Shown here one piece after another: positions 1-13,000 of a stretch of DNA of 64,000 nt. Both the position numbers and the translations under genes were made by a program. The number at the start of each line of letters is the position of its first letter. Positions within the stretch are counted from its first letter, which is position 1. Source of the stretch: Alloascoidea hylecoeti (Eukaryota); assembly GCA_001600815.1 (NCBI GenBank), contig BCKZ01000003.1, positions 624,581 to 688,580 of the forward strand, in the 5' to 3' direction. The notes under the pieces are model-generated. The model searched no databases. It worked only from the letters and a program-made list of their open reading frames with translations, and was not told the origin of the DNA.

Positions 1-159
1 CCACGAAAACGTAGAAATAAAATATGAAAAAAGTAAGTCATAATGAAATAATTGAAAATAGTTAATATTTTGAAACCATAAATTAACGATGCCGCACAAG
101 CACACAAAGCTTAAGCCAAGCTCAATGAAAGATTATTATAAAATATGTTATAAAAATAG

Positions 160-915
160 CTACCGTGCCTTATTATCAATCCTCGATTGAAAATTCCATA
201 ATTCTCGTTTCCAATCTTTTAATTTTTTGTGTAAATAAATCAATCTTTTAACATCTTTTTGGTATTTTTCATTCTTTACTGGTTTTGAAGAACTTAACTT
301 TTTATATAATAATGAATATGACGAGTATTTTATTTTGAACTGTCTTGCGACTTGAGCGAGTTTAACCATTTCAGGAGAATTGATCATATACCTTGGTTGA
401 TTACTTAAACTATTTTTGGATGGATTGTTGGTTAGGTTGGTGGTTGTTGTCCGAGGAAGGTCAAATTTATACTCTGGTGATGACTCCGATGACGAGGAAG
501 GTAATCGCTGGTGACCTCTATTTATGTATCTAGGCTCTGAAAGACGGTTGTTATTAGACGTAGGTAATTTCTGCCTTTTAGTATTAAGTGTAGGCTGTGA
601 TGGTGAGTGAACCTTCTCGATTACACTCAATTTCCTTTTTCTAATGATGTTTTGTACCATGAATTTATCTTCAGCAGTACCAATTTTCGATACTTGTGAA
701 GTTGAGCTATTTCGATAGACATCGACTTTAGCTGGTTCTGGTGAAACATTTATAGGGAACACATTATCCCCCACAGTTATTGAGAAAGATCCATCATGAA
801 CAGAAACAGACAATGGTGAGCCCTTAAGCTGAGAAAAGACAGAGGCCGGCAGCCGCACGGGGAAAATAATAGGGGACTGTTCCGAAGAAGCTGATAAAAT
901 CTGTTCTAGCGGCAT
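160..915 (-). CDS. Short ELL/occludin-domain-like protein (RNA Pol II elongation factor ELL-like)
   Basis: 251-aa ORF. The C-terminal helical segment ARQFKIKYSSYSLLYKKL...KRLIYLHKKLKDWKRELW resembles the occludin/ELL homology domain. It has a beta-rich N-terminal region and an S/P/N-rich linker with a basic NLS-like RKRK. Confidence 0.55.
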   Translation of the reverse strand: MPLEQILSASSEQSPIIFPVRLPASVFSQLKGSPLSVSVHDGSFSITVGDNVFPINVSPEPAKVDVYRNSSTSQVSKIGTAEDKFMVQNIIRKRKLSVIEKVHSPSQPTLNTKRQKLPTSNNNRLSEPRYINRGHQRLPSSSSESSPEYKFDLPRTTTTNLTNNPSKNSLSNQPRYMINSPEMVKLAQVARQFKIKYSSYSLLYKKLSSSKPVKNEKYQKDVKRLIYLHKKLKDWKRELWNFQSRIDNKAR

Positions 916-2023
916 TTGAATATTCTTGTTGAAATAAGAGGAGATGTTTGGAAAAGAAATTAAATAAGAAGAAGGAGGGAAAGAAGGGAAAGACTGAAGA
1001 GAACAATAAAATAATAATTTAATGTATTAATATTCTACTATTATGGGACAAAATCACCGATTCCAATGCATAGATCTGCATGTCTCCAAAAGGGGGGGAT
1101 TTTTAAATTTGGCTCCGACCTTGGCGCTGACTGGCTGGCTCTCAGGCTGGCCTCCCTGGACTCAACTGGCTAGCCTTCCCTCGGTAATTATAGTTACGAT
1201 TAAGGCCTTACAATATTTCAAAACAAATTAACTTTCTATGAAGCATATTTTATTCAAAAGAGATCTAGAAAATATATAATCTTCAGATTTTCTTATAATT
1301 TCCCTTTCAGTATGATAATCAAGCTTCCAAATTAACTCTTTTTTTTAGGGTTTTGATCATGATTAATTATGAGAAAAATGATCTGTCTAATATTATAATT
1401 AAATTGATTATTTGATTAAAAGTTATGGTTTTGCATGTACCCGGCCTCGGACATAATTTTTGGAGTTAATATACAGTTCAAGTTAAAGTTAAGAAAATGA
1501 CAGACCCAACCTGACGGGTGCAGGTGGAAGCAGACCACTAGCCTAACACGATTTAAAGAATTTAGTTTCTAACAACAGATATGTTAACATCTAGCTATAG
1601 ATATCTATATAGTTCTTTATTTATGGTAAACACGGTAGTAATAATATGTCAAGTTAAAATTAAATCTCCAAGAAATGCTTATATGTGATATACACGAGTA
1701 CTCATAATTTAAAAGCGATCGATCACAACATGAGTTAAAATGTCAGCTGAGCGTCCAATAAATATGAATCAATATCAATCAATCAACTAGTAAGCTCTTT
1801 CCAAATAGAATAGGCGCCCTCGAAATATATATTAAAGTCAATGTTTATTAGTAAGAAGTTGCTTCGTTGTCTTGAAAATTTTAAAGAAATATCATTATAA
1901 AATGTGCTTTAAATGATTGTAACAAAAAAGGTTGTCTGTGTATGCTAAAGAGATACTATATGCAAAGTAATTAATTTCTAATCGTTAAATTAATTATCGA
2001 TCAGTAACAATGAATGAACTATT

Positions 2024-2536
2024 TCATTGATGTATTTCTAAATTTCTAAACCCCGAAATTAATCCTTCATCTGCTCTAGATGAATTATTTGATTCAACAC
2101 CAAGATTACCGATTATAGTACTATTTTGTATGAAGTTGTTAGCACCAGAGAATTTACTTTGAATTTTAATTAATTCAAATTCTCTAACAAATGCAGAATA
2201 TCCAATCATCCGGATCTTTAGCCTTTGAAGCATGTCTGGTGTTGATAAATAAATGTTTTGATTCTTGAGTCCATTGATAATGTGATTAACGGTATATCCA
2301 ATATTAACTATTTGTTTTGTGCCAGCTAAATTTCCTGTGCACTGTAAATATCTCAAGATTATATTTTCAATAGAACTGAAAAGATGTATTGAAGAATGAA
2401 GAATCACACGAAATTGTTGTTTTTCTTGAGTGTTTAGATCATTAGTATAATCCTTTAAGTTTATAGGTTCCTTAGAAGCTTCTTGATAGAGGTTTTCAAC
2501 TTGACGCCTTGTCTCTGGTGATATTTTAACAGACAT
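2024..2536 (-). CDS. Hypothetical protein (170 aa)
   Basis: ATG-initiated 170-aa ORF in AT-rich DNA, divergent from the HSP20 gene; no recognisable motif. Confidence 0.5.
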   Translation of the reverse strand: MSVKISPETRRQVENLYQEASKEPINLKDYTNDLNTQEKQQFRVILHSSIHLFSSIENIILRYLQCTGNLAGTKQIVNIGYTVNHIINGLKNQNIYLSTPDMLQRLKIRMIGYSAFVREFELIKIQSKFSGANNFIQNSTIIGNLGVESNNSSRADEGLISGFRNLEIHQ

Positions 2537-2845
2537 GATGTTTCTCTAAGATCGCTCTATAGATATCGATGTTTGGAGGTAGGAAACTTTAATTGTTAGA
2601 AGACTTGGGGATCTGTATCATTTTGTAGTAGAAATCAGGGGAATGATGCTGCCATAATAGTCACGTGTACATTCTCATATTAATTAGATTAGCTAGCTAC
2701 TTTTTGTCGTATAACTTCCTTGTAACATACGATATTGAAAATGGAAATGGAAATGAAAATGATACATAATTAAATCATAAAAGAATGAAAAAAAAACGTT
2801 TTTAATGTTCCCGGAACATATTTGTGCTTCTTTAGGGAATGATTG

Positions 2846-2912
2846 TTCCGGAAATAACTACTGTTAACTTCAGGAACCGTTTAAACCCTGCATTTTCTGC
2901 ATATTTCTAGAA
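2846..2912. promoter_or_regulatory. Heat-shock-element-like TTCnnGAA motifs upstream of small HSP gene
   Basis: TTCCGGAA at 2846-2853 and TTCTAGAA at 2905-2912, about 180-240 bp upstream of the HSP20 ATG. Confidence 0.45.
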
Positions 2913-3088
2913 ATATCTTTATATGCGCACATGACATCATATCTCTTTCTAGAGTGTTCTACTGATAACCAGAAAATTAACTAATATTGATATAAATTGT
3001 CATCTTTTTCTTTCTTGTTATTTTTTGTCTACATTAATTAATTAACAATTATTAACACTTATATCATTATTTAATTATAAGTAAAACA

Positions 3089-3940
3089 ATGCTTTCTTAC
3101 CAAACACCATTTGATGCCTTTTTCTCTCCTGTTCGTTATCAACAAAGACAAAACTTGCACCGAACAAGACAAGCATCTCAACCTACTTTTGAAGATTTAT
3201 TATTAAATCTTTTTAATGATAACCAATCAACCACAGATCAAAATGACAGTTATGATTATGATTATAATAGGCTGAATTGCAAATACTCACCTAGAAACAA
3301 GCAACCTTCAAACTTAAAAAAGAATAGACATCCATTTACGAGATCTAGAACTTTCATGCCAGCGATAGATGCCTATGATAATCAATCATCATACTTAATC
3401 AAACTTAATTTACCAGGAGCTACAATAAATGATATCGATCTTGAATATGACTCTAAATTAAGATCTCTAACAATATCTGGTTTAATTCCAAGGCTAGGAA
3501 ATTTTTCAAAAACTATTAAATTTCCTGAAAATATGAAAATTAATGAAAATAAAATAACTGCTCAATTTAAAAATGATGGAATTTTAAATATAGAAGTTCC
3601 AAAAAAATCAATTTATGGCGGCAGGAAAAGACATATTCCAGTCGAATCAGACGTTAAAGTTGAGAGATCTAAAGGAAATGAATCATCTAATATTGACAAC
3701 AGTAATGATGGTTACAATTTCAATGAATCTAAAATAAATAAAGATGTTAGCTCTGAAAATGATGCTGAAGAAGATGATTGGAATCCAGATCTTTTCCAGG
3801 ATGCTCTTCCAATTATTGCACAAGGTCAAATGGATCTCGAGAAACCGTCTACAAATATAAAATCAAAAAAATTAATAATACAACCAACGCTTGAAGAAGT
3901 TGAAGATGAAGAATTTTCAGATTTAAGTTCTAATTTCTAG
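3089..3940 (+). CDS. Small heat-shock protein (HSP20/alpha-crystallin domain)
   Basis: PAIDAYDNQSSYLIKLNLPG...GNFSKTIKFP...ITAQFKNDGILNIEVPK...HIPV (alpha-crystallin core plus IxI/V motif); acidic tail ending PTLEEVEDEE. Confidence 0.85.
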   Translation: MLSYQTPFDAFFSPVRYQQRQNLHRTRQASQPTFEDLLLNLFNDNQSTTDQNDSYDYDYNRLNCKYSPRNKQPSNLKKNRHPFTRSRTFMPAIDAYDNQSSYLIKLNLPGATINDIDLEYDSKLRSLTISGLIPRLGNFSKTIKFPENMKINENKITAQFKNDGILNIEVPKKSIYGGRKRHIPVESDVKVERSKGNESSNIDNSNDGYNFNESKINKDVSSENDAEEDDWNPDLFQDALPIIAQGQMDLEKPSTNIKSKKLIIQPTLEEVEDEEFSDLSSNF

Positions 3941-5141
3941 TTTATTTTTATGAATTCATATATTTTGTCATAATCTTAATTATTTTTGTTTTTATGATCA
4001 TACTCTTGTTATTTTTCTAATCCTATATGTTACGATATACAATGGGTCTTTATTTTATATAATTAAAAAAATAGATTCAGATAGTATTAATAAAAAATTT
4101 ATTGATATCAAATCTCATTTGGATGAGATCGAGAGACTCCATGTTTGGATATTGACGCCAAAGATTTGGTTTCCGGTTCATGGCCAGTAGATCCTTTAAT
4201 GATACCAAGAAGAATAAAAGCTTGTAACTTATAAAAATTAAGGGATGTCGTTTTATACAATGAAGAAGGGGCCTATATTATACATGTATGTTGTTATGTT
4301 AACGATGTTGGCAATGTTAGTGATTATATTGATCGATGTTTGGAAATTTTGATGTGATAAATAGAGTAATTTTGAAGAAGAAAGTTCCATAAATAATATT
4401 TCGACTCATAATTATATTCTAGGTATATCATATAGGTAATACAGGATTAAAACAACCTGGAATATTGAATCTGATTGAATTATTCAAGAATACCGATGTG
4501 ATCTTATTAGTATAAAGTCTCCTATTTCCTAGGTATTGGTAGTTAGTAGTTACATTCATATTAATTTGTATCATAACCTAGTACTTCAAGAATGATTTTA
4601 ACCCTTGACTACTATTATAGAAGAATTATAAATTTTTGTAATTATTTAACTTTACATTCACCAGAAACTATTAAACAACGTATTATTTGCTTGTCCATTT
4701 AGTTATTTGCCACTATACCAGAGCTTCAAAGTATTAAGGCTAGAGCTTATTTAGAAATTTGAATGAGGCACGACAATTGAAATGTTGTGGTTATTACTTT
4801 AAAAACATGCATAGCGTTATTTTGAACAGTTTTTACTGAGATAGTAATATTATAATATTACTCAACCCAAACTAAGAAGTAGAGGGGTAGTGCTTACTTA
4901 AGTATAGTCTATCGATAAATCATATAATTGTAACTGATATTATTATTGGTACCCAAAATATGGTAGCTACTGTATATCAAGAATTTGTCATTACATGTAG
5001 CATGTATTGTAATTCCAAATGTGGACGTGCATAAAATGTTTATGTGGAATTTATACCGATATAGCTCTTCTAGAACCTTTTTATTAACCGCATTTTTTAT
5101 TGTATACCTTTACCCATCTATCCCACTTTACTGATATAATC

Positions 5142-6137
5142 ATGGAGAATAATAATACTAGTAGTAGAAACCCACAAACATCAGTAGAATTGGCAGAAGA
5201 GCTACAATGGAATTGGAATCTGAATTATAATCAATTTGAAGCTAATTGCATTCAACCTTCTAAACTAGAAAGGGTTCCTTTTGAGAGTATTGGCCTTTCA
5301 ATTTTCAGTTACAATTCCAAACCACAAAGTATATTAACACATACACAAACAGCAGTAAAATTAGCAAAAGAGCCGCAGCGGAATTGTGAATTGAATTATA
5401 ATCAAGTCGGACGACCTCTTGTTGATTGCCCAGGAGCGCCAGTACCTAACTATAATTACATTCAGCCCCCTAAATTAAAAATGGTTCCTTTAGAGAGTAT
5501 TGGCCTTCCGATTCCCGATTGCAACTTCAAATCACAGAATAAACTAACACAGGCACAAACAGTAGTAAAATTAGCTGAAGAGCCGCAGGGGAATTGTGCT
5601 TTGGATTATAATCAATTTGAAAGTAATTGCATACAACCTTCTAAACTAGAAAGGGTTCCTTTTGAAAGTGTTGGCCTGTCGATTGAAGATTATAATTTCC
5701 ATTCACAGTGTAAGTTTGTACTACCAGAAAATATAGATTTTAAGAATTATCCGACGAGGTCCCCAAAAGGGATTTTGAATGAACATTATGAAGAATTGAA
5801 ATTAAAGAAAACAAACTTTTCAAATGAAATCACCGCAAAATTTGACACTTATGAAAACCTACAATCGTTAATAACTAAGGATAATTTGTTATTAAATTTC
5901 AGCAATATAACCCGCAAAGTTAAGAGACCACGCGGCCACCCTAAGAACACAACTGGTAATGATGTTAAGTCACTCAATGTCAATGATATACCTAAGAAGG
6001 TTCCACCAATCCATCTTCGATTTAATCAAGAATTAACAGACATACTTGCAAAAGGTAATCAGTATTTACTTGAAGGTTCTACGAATATCAAAAATAATAC
6101 TAATCAATCTCAATCAGGAAAACAATCACAATCGTGA
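5142..6137 (+). CDS. Hypothetical protein with three internal ~60-70-aa repeats and a degenerate AT-hook
   Basis: First ATG is at 5142 (the ORF track starts at a TTG, 5100). Three copies of (T/A)VKLAEEPQxNCxLxYNQ...IQPSKLERVPFESIGL; KRPRGHPK near the C-terminus. Confidence 0.55.
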   Translation: MENNNTSSRNPQTSVELAEELQWNWNLNYNQFEANCIQPSKLERVPFESIGLSIFSYNSKPQSILTHTQTAVKLAKEPQRNCELNYNQVGRPLVDCPGAPVPNYNYIQPPKLKMVPLESIGLPIPDCNFKSQNKLTQAQTVVKLAEEPQGNCALDYNQFESNCIQPSKLERVPFESVGLSIEDYNFHSQCKFVLPENIDFKNYPTRSPKGILNEHYEELKLKKTNFSNEITAKFDTYENLQSLITKDNLLLNFSNITRKVKRPRGHPKNTTGNDVKSLNVNDIPKKVPPIHLRFNQELTDILAKGNQYLLEGSTNIKNNTNQSQSGKQSQS

Positions 6138-8642
6138 CAAAATATAAGCATTTTTAACCGAGTTATAAAATTCCAAGCAGAGATGAATGTATTGGATATA
6201 ACATAAGCCAACAGAATGGGTTCTTCAATTGTCATTTCTTATAACAATGGAAACTGAGACTTATGAATCATTAACTATAGATTTAGACACATATGGAAAT
6301 AATTCTAATGGTTTGGGTCGAACTTCTAATTATCTATGCTTCAAATTCACTCATCTCCGGATATCACAAACGTTTCAGGTTTTTCATTTAAATCGCACAT
6401 TGATGATAAATATGCATACATACAGATACATGTGAATGTGAAGGTTGTTTAAACATTACTCTCGCTTTTAATTGCACGCTGCCATGAAAAACAAAAATAG
6501 AAATAGAAACCTTAAATCCAAATTCTCCGATTGATAACAATACTCATTCCCAACTCCAAACGTGTTCGAAGCTAGTACTAAAACAGAAGGATATCGACAT
6601 AGACGTGTCTCCTGGCCACGAAGTTGTCTAAATCAATTCCAAGTATAATTTTGATCATAGAATCTAGGACATGTATGTTTCCGCCCCAGAAAGCTTATTC
6701 CCATCAATACTATATCATAGCACTATGAAAAATTATATCATCATTAGTTGAATCATTAGGTATTTCTGAAAGAATTACACAAGAAGCTTTACAATTAACA
6801 AACGGACAATTATCTTTATTACTTGTCTTTCCTACGCCAAATTGGTCGGTCGTTACTCTTTTTATTTTTTTAACTTTACATTTCAGTTGGGGGCGAATCC
6901 TGTTACTAGAGATTTCCTCAGAATTTACATAGTTTCTAGTTGTATAATTTAATTGGAAAATATATGAAAAAAAAACTTTAGTAAGACAAAAGTGTGGAGA
7001 CTCAGCCCATCTGGATAAATCAAGGACCCGCGCAATATCCACTAAAAACCCCTAGATGTTTTCACCGCAAGGACTCTAGCGATAGCTTCTCAGCCAAGAT
7101 GATATACGTCCAATAATCTTTATTTGGGTGTGCTAGTTCCCAAATCTTTTGTAAAGGAGCCAACCCTACTCCAAGGGCTGGCCTTCATATGTATGGCCTA
7201 TGAAATGCAGAGTTACATGTAGTTACGTAAGAACCCGGGACTTTTAGGCACCATAAAACACAACTAAAATAGTTTTTAAAATTTAATAAAATTATATCTA
7301 TATAAAATGTAAATAGCCCTAATAAGAAATAGGAGAATATAGTAGTTTTTTAAAATGTTAGAAGTCTGTGGTGCTTTTCAGCCGGTGGAATATGCCATAA
7401 AAATTGATGGATGTTCGCATAATTCACCATTTCCACGACTTCATTAGCTGCAGTGTTAAGAACAGATATGATCATGAAATACGTATCCTCACCTTACTCT
7501 TGAAGATGGTCTGATGAAGTTTTCTAGTAGATTCGGGGCTTTGGATGGCTTTGGTACATTATGAAGTAGCACCGATAGGAGATAGGACCTTCTAATCAAA
7601 AATTGAATATTCTCCCAAAATCTCGGTCAACCACTACATATTTTGTTTATCAGTAAATCTAGTGAGCCTTTAGTATATAATAGAAGTATTTTCTATCCGT
7701 TTGATTGTGGGTTTTCCAATTTCTTCAAAACTTCCCTGGATTGAATGGTTGAATGGTCGAATGGTTGAATACAACTGATTTTTGAATCGAGCATGTTTTT
7801 GAAGGTAAATTCCTTGTTTAAATACTTTCCATATATTTTAAAAGAAATCATCCATCTCCTTACAAGATATCTGATTAGGCTGACTTAAAGTTTCTCCATT
7901 ATATTTCTTGAAAGTCGCCTTCAGGCTACACAAGAAGTACATTTATAATTAACAATATGGATATGGGTAAATCTAGGCATAAATTATATTACATTAAATG
8001 TGTACAACTAAAGCATATGAACATTAAGAATGAAAAATCAATTATGATGAAGCAAAGGGATTGTCCCCAAACCCAACCCTCTCTACCTTTATATGAAATA
8101 ATTTTTCTAATCCACGTCTCCTACTTAATCACAACATATAAACAATGAAATATAATCCTAACTATGAAATATCATTCTCAAAATCGAAAACTGGGAAAAC
8201 TTCAGAAAAATGATGAATAGTGCAATTATGACTCGTACTGTATGAAGAGTAAAAGAAGTTCCAGTTAGCACTGTTAAACAATATCAGATATACTTACATA
8301 GAATACTATCTATAAAGCAACATGACATGATTAACAAGTACAAGAGCGCTTTCCGCCTTTTGAAAAACGATAAAATCAAGTGTCGAATAATATAATATGA
8401 TATATGAGATGAATGAAAGGGATCACCTGTGAATTGATGAAATGTTGAAAAACAAAACATATGAAAATAGATACCAGCGTTTTAACCTTTACTCCAAGAA
8501 AGAAATATCAATTAATCCAATTCCAAAAACAAGAAAAGATCTGATCATGACCATAATATGAACATGATTGATGAAAAATCCATATTTATAAACCCCAAAA
8601 CAAAAACGTATTAATATAACAGTCAATTATAGTCATGAAGCT

Positions 8643-9206
8643 TTATAGCAACATTTTATTAATTACATCCGGAGTAATATAATCATCACCATTTATATCT
8701 TTCAGTATAATTGCCCAAGCCTGTCCTTGTATCTTAAACTCTAATAACCTTAATTCCTTTGATAAATAATCTGACTTTTTTTGTATTTTTTTAGGAACGA
8801 CCATACTAACAAATTTATTTTTATCTGAATGATTATAATCATCATCAGATTTCCCAGCCGTTTCGGCTAAACCTCTATACATTGATATTCGTTGCTTCAA
8901 GATATCCTTTGTGGCTAAAGCCTCAGTCATTGTTAACTTCACTTTTCCCTTTTCACATTGGACATTAGCAGGAAGGGCAGAATTATTGTCAATTTCAATA
9001 AACGATGATATGTTTGTTAGATTAATGCAAGTAATTAGAACCCTTAATTGTTCAGAAATAGTTTCATAATTTTCAATTAATTCAGATGGATCGTCTTGTG
9101 GTTCATCATCTTCTTGAACTAAACAACATCCAGCGAGCCGTGATCTGATCCTGGAAAGTCTGACGTTCATATCAGACTTTAGCCTCAAAGCATCAGCCAG
9201 CTTCAT
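8643..9206 (-). CDS. DIP1984/DUF6847-family protein (bacterial-type)
   Basis: MKLADALRLKSD...VQEDDEPQDDPSEL...LITCINLTN...TMTEALATKDIL...LSKELRLLEFKIQGQAW matches the bacterial family pattern MKLAEAL..R.D...VQEGE.P.EDP..L...IN.TN...T..EALA.RD.L...L..E.R.LD..IQ..NW. Intronless. Confidence 0.8.
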   Translation of the reverse strand: MKLADALRLKSDMNVRLSRIRSRLAGCCLVQEDDEPQDDPSELIENYETISEQLRVLITCINLTNISSFIEIDNNSALPANVQCEKGKVKLTMTEALATKDILKQRISMYRGLAETAGKSDDDYNHSDKNKFVSMVVPKKIQKKSDYLSKELRLLEFKIQGQAWAIILKDINGDDYITPDVINKMLL

Positions 9207-10025
9207 TAATGACCGAAATTAAGATATTTAAAAAGAAGATGTATCTGCATGTAATACCAATTGTCGGCGGATTTGTATCCTTTTAAATAAACTTAATTAA
9301 ATAACCTCCTAAACCACAATTTATTGCAATAATTATTCGAAAGAGAAAAAAGTCAAAAATGATTAGTTTCGACTCATAAAATTTCATTATTTAAATATCG
9401 ACTAGATATTAGTATACTTTTACGAATAAACCAGTGTTTGTCGCCCTGGTTATTTCACGTTACGTAATCATCAATTGAAGTATGAATAATAATCACGTGC
9501 TATATTTTTCAATTCTCGGTCATCGATAATAATTATTAACCTCTTTTTAAACTAAATATTCCTCCACGTATTTCTTTTTATCAATTGGTTTATTCCATTG
9601 GTATGGTGGTGGTTTTACTGTTCCTCGGTTGTTGTTGAAAAGGAAAGAATATACCTCTTGCTCTTGTTGGATCTGAAATCTGGTTCAGAAGCTGCGCACC
9701 ATGGCCAAATATTTAGTTTCATAAGATATGTTTAGTCTATGGCATGGCCGAAATTATGTTAAAACACTGTAACCTTATAATCATGAATTCTGGGCATACG
9801 GTACTACGTGGTAACGAAGAATTCGAATAAATGTACACGTAAGGTAATATAACTATAATATGGTTGAATTCAAGAGCTACATAGCTAATTAAAAGGATTG
9901 TTATATTATATCGTGAATACAATAGCAAAGACTAATTATAAAATTTCAAATCTCGAAATTCTGTGAGAATAGTTGGATATTATAGTTGCTATAATTAATT
10001 AAGGCACCTTGAGATCTCCCATGGT

Positions 10026-13000
10026 TCATTTAATACGAGGTTTCTTCCTCCTTTTACCACCCAACTGTGATTTCTTCTTTGGCGCTTCTATTTCCTCCTC
10101 TTCATCTGGTAGTTCGAAAATATCGACCACTGGCTCTTTATGGTTCGTTGTTTGTGTTTTATGAGCTCTAGTTCTATTCCTAGTTCTAACAACATGAATG
10201 GATTCTTCTAGTTGGGTATTCTCTGATATGCTTGATGCTAACCGCCGTTCATTTGGAATAATTTTATTATCAACCTTTGTATATCTCCTTGTGGTTTGTC
10301 TTCTATTGTTACTATTATTAGTAGGATCATCCCTCAACTTAGGTTCTGTTTTAACTATTATCGGTTTCAATACCTCTTTATGCTTTGGATCCATATCAAC
10401 CTTCTTGGAGTTTAGTAGTATCGGGCTGTCACTAACAAGTAATTTCTAGTACAAAAAAAAAAAAAGAGCGTTAATTTTCGGATATCATATAATCATCATA
10501 TTCGATTATAAACAATAATGTAAATTTACTTCATATTCCATTTCCTTAATTTTATTTTTCAAGGATATCACCTCTTTATTTCTCAGGTTCAGTTCGCTAA
10601 CATTTATGGTGTGCTCTGTGTTCAATTTTTCAAATTTTTCTCTTGATACCGATACATCTTTTAATAGTCGAGTCTGAAAAGTAGGTTAGTGATATTCAAT
10701 GCTAAAATGAAATGGGTATTACCTTGTGTTCAATTTCTTGTGTCAAATTTTCATTCTCATATTTGACCATATTTATAATCTCATCTTGAGATTTCATTTT
10801 TACTTTCAAATCGTTGAACATTTTATCAAATTCTTGCTGTTTATTCTGTAAAGTTTCTTTGGATATCAATTCTATGTTCTCCATCTTCTTTTCAACTTCA
10901 GTAGCTTTTTCTTGGTTATCTGTCTTCTCTTTGGTAAGTATCTCGACAGTATTTGATACATTTTCTAACTCTTTTTTACAGGAGTTTAGTTCAGTATTTG
11001 AAATTTGTAGCTCGTCGTTTAGCTTTGCATTTTTCTGTTTCAGGGTATTAGAACTTTCCTCCAGTGAATAAATAATCTTATTAAATTCATTAAATTCACC
11101 TTCATTTCTTTTTAAATTCTCAACGATATTTATTAAGGCAGAGTCAATTGGGCATAAATCGGACTTTTGAAGATATTCCATCGACGAGATTTGTTGACTG
11201 ATATTTTGCATCAGGATCTTGATATCTTTAATAGGTTCAAATTTATGGATATGGTTTAATTTCTCGAGAACATCTTTGTGGCCATTATTAGTAACTGAGT
11301 TTAAATCAGTGACTAATTCTTTAAAATTCTTATAACTTTCTGCATTTATATCAGAATGAGATTTTAGTTCCGAAATACTATTTGTAAAATAATGTTCGTT
11401 AACATAAGAATGGTAATAATAAAAGTCATTAAGAATTTACCTTTCCACCAATCCCTGTGATAGGTCTCTCAACTCTTTCAAAGATTCAATTGCGTTTTCA
11501 TGTAATGACAATTTGGTTCTGATAGTATTCAGTTAGATCCGAAACATATCTATTTTAAAGCCGCTGGTTGGCATACTATAGCTAAAATTGTAAATAACTG
11601 ATAAAACATACTTCTGGTTCTCGCTCACCTCTTCTCTAAGAGATTTTAGCTCTGAATTCACACTCCCAATCGACTTGTCTCTTTCGATAGCTTGATTTGC
11701 TAACATTTGATCATATAATTGTCGAATAGACCTCAGTTCTTCTTCAAGTGCACCTGAGCGTATTCGTTCTTCGGATAACCTACCAGAAGCTTCATCGAGT
11801 TCGTCTGTCACTTTATGTATCTGAAGTGATTCTAGACAAGTAAAAATAAAAGTTAGGACATGATTTATTTTAGCCCCTTATCCAAAAAAACTTACTTCTT
11901 TCATTATCTTGAGTCGCAGTATTTAAAGCTTTCTTACACGACTCTAACAATCTTTTCAATCTTTCAACTTCCAACTTATCTGCCACCAATTCATTCTTCA
12001 ACTCGTTCAGATCATCTTTCAATTGTTCATAATTTGAATTCCATAATTCTGAACCTTTTCGCAAAGCACCATAATCAGATCCAATACCATTAAGAAAGGT
12101 ATAATATTTCTTAAGTTTTGTTTTCAAGGAATCAACTGTTGACTGTTGCTTTGTAAATAATTTATTTTTGGTTTCTATTTCTTCAATCTTGGCTGCTAAT
12201 TGAGATTGTAATACAGTTCTCTCGGCCCTTAAATTATTAATAGCAGAAAAGAGAGGGTCAATAGAAGAATCAGTATTATTACTGTTATTGTTACCATTTT
12301 TATTTCTTCCTATTCGAGTATTAAGTGGGACACTTTTATCATTTGTCAATTTTTTTACATTGAAATCCTCAATAACATTCAAATCAAAACTTATCCTGTT
12401 ATTATTGTTGCTTATACCTTTTTGATTCTGGATTTTCGATCTGTTAGATATTGTATTCTGATTTTGATTAATATCTCTAGGTTTAGGTGTATGCTTTCCT
12501 TCACCACTTTGGCTATGTTGTGACATACGTTTATTAATCTCAACCTTTCTAGTAGCAGGAATGACTTTCTCAACTTTGATGTCACTATCATTATCAATTT
12601 CTTCGGCATCTTCCGTAATATCAATTATCTCTAAATCTTCATCTTCATCAGAATTAACATTGGAATTCACATCGGAATCATCTTCATGAAGAAATGAAGA
12701 CTCCTTTTTACTTGTTTCTAGAACAAATTTCTTTTTATCATTTGATTGGTGTTTATTAATCGGAACCTGTTGTTCCAGAATCGACACTTCAGTAGTATAC
12801 GTATCATCCGTAATGTTATATTCATTATCATTTGATGCATCAATTGAAAAATTGGAGATGTCAGACATTGATAAATCATTATCTACTGGTTGTTGGTTTT
12901 CGATAAGGATTGAAGTTAAGTTTGAATTTGGATTTGAATTCTGAAGTTTATTTTTGGTCTTGTTATTGTTAATTTTGTTTGTTTTATTGCCAAAACCACC

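Noticed and set aside
9262..9272. URS1-like TCGGCGGAT upstream of the DIP1984-like gene
   Set aside because: Single imperfect match with no supporting context.
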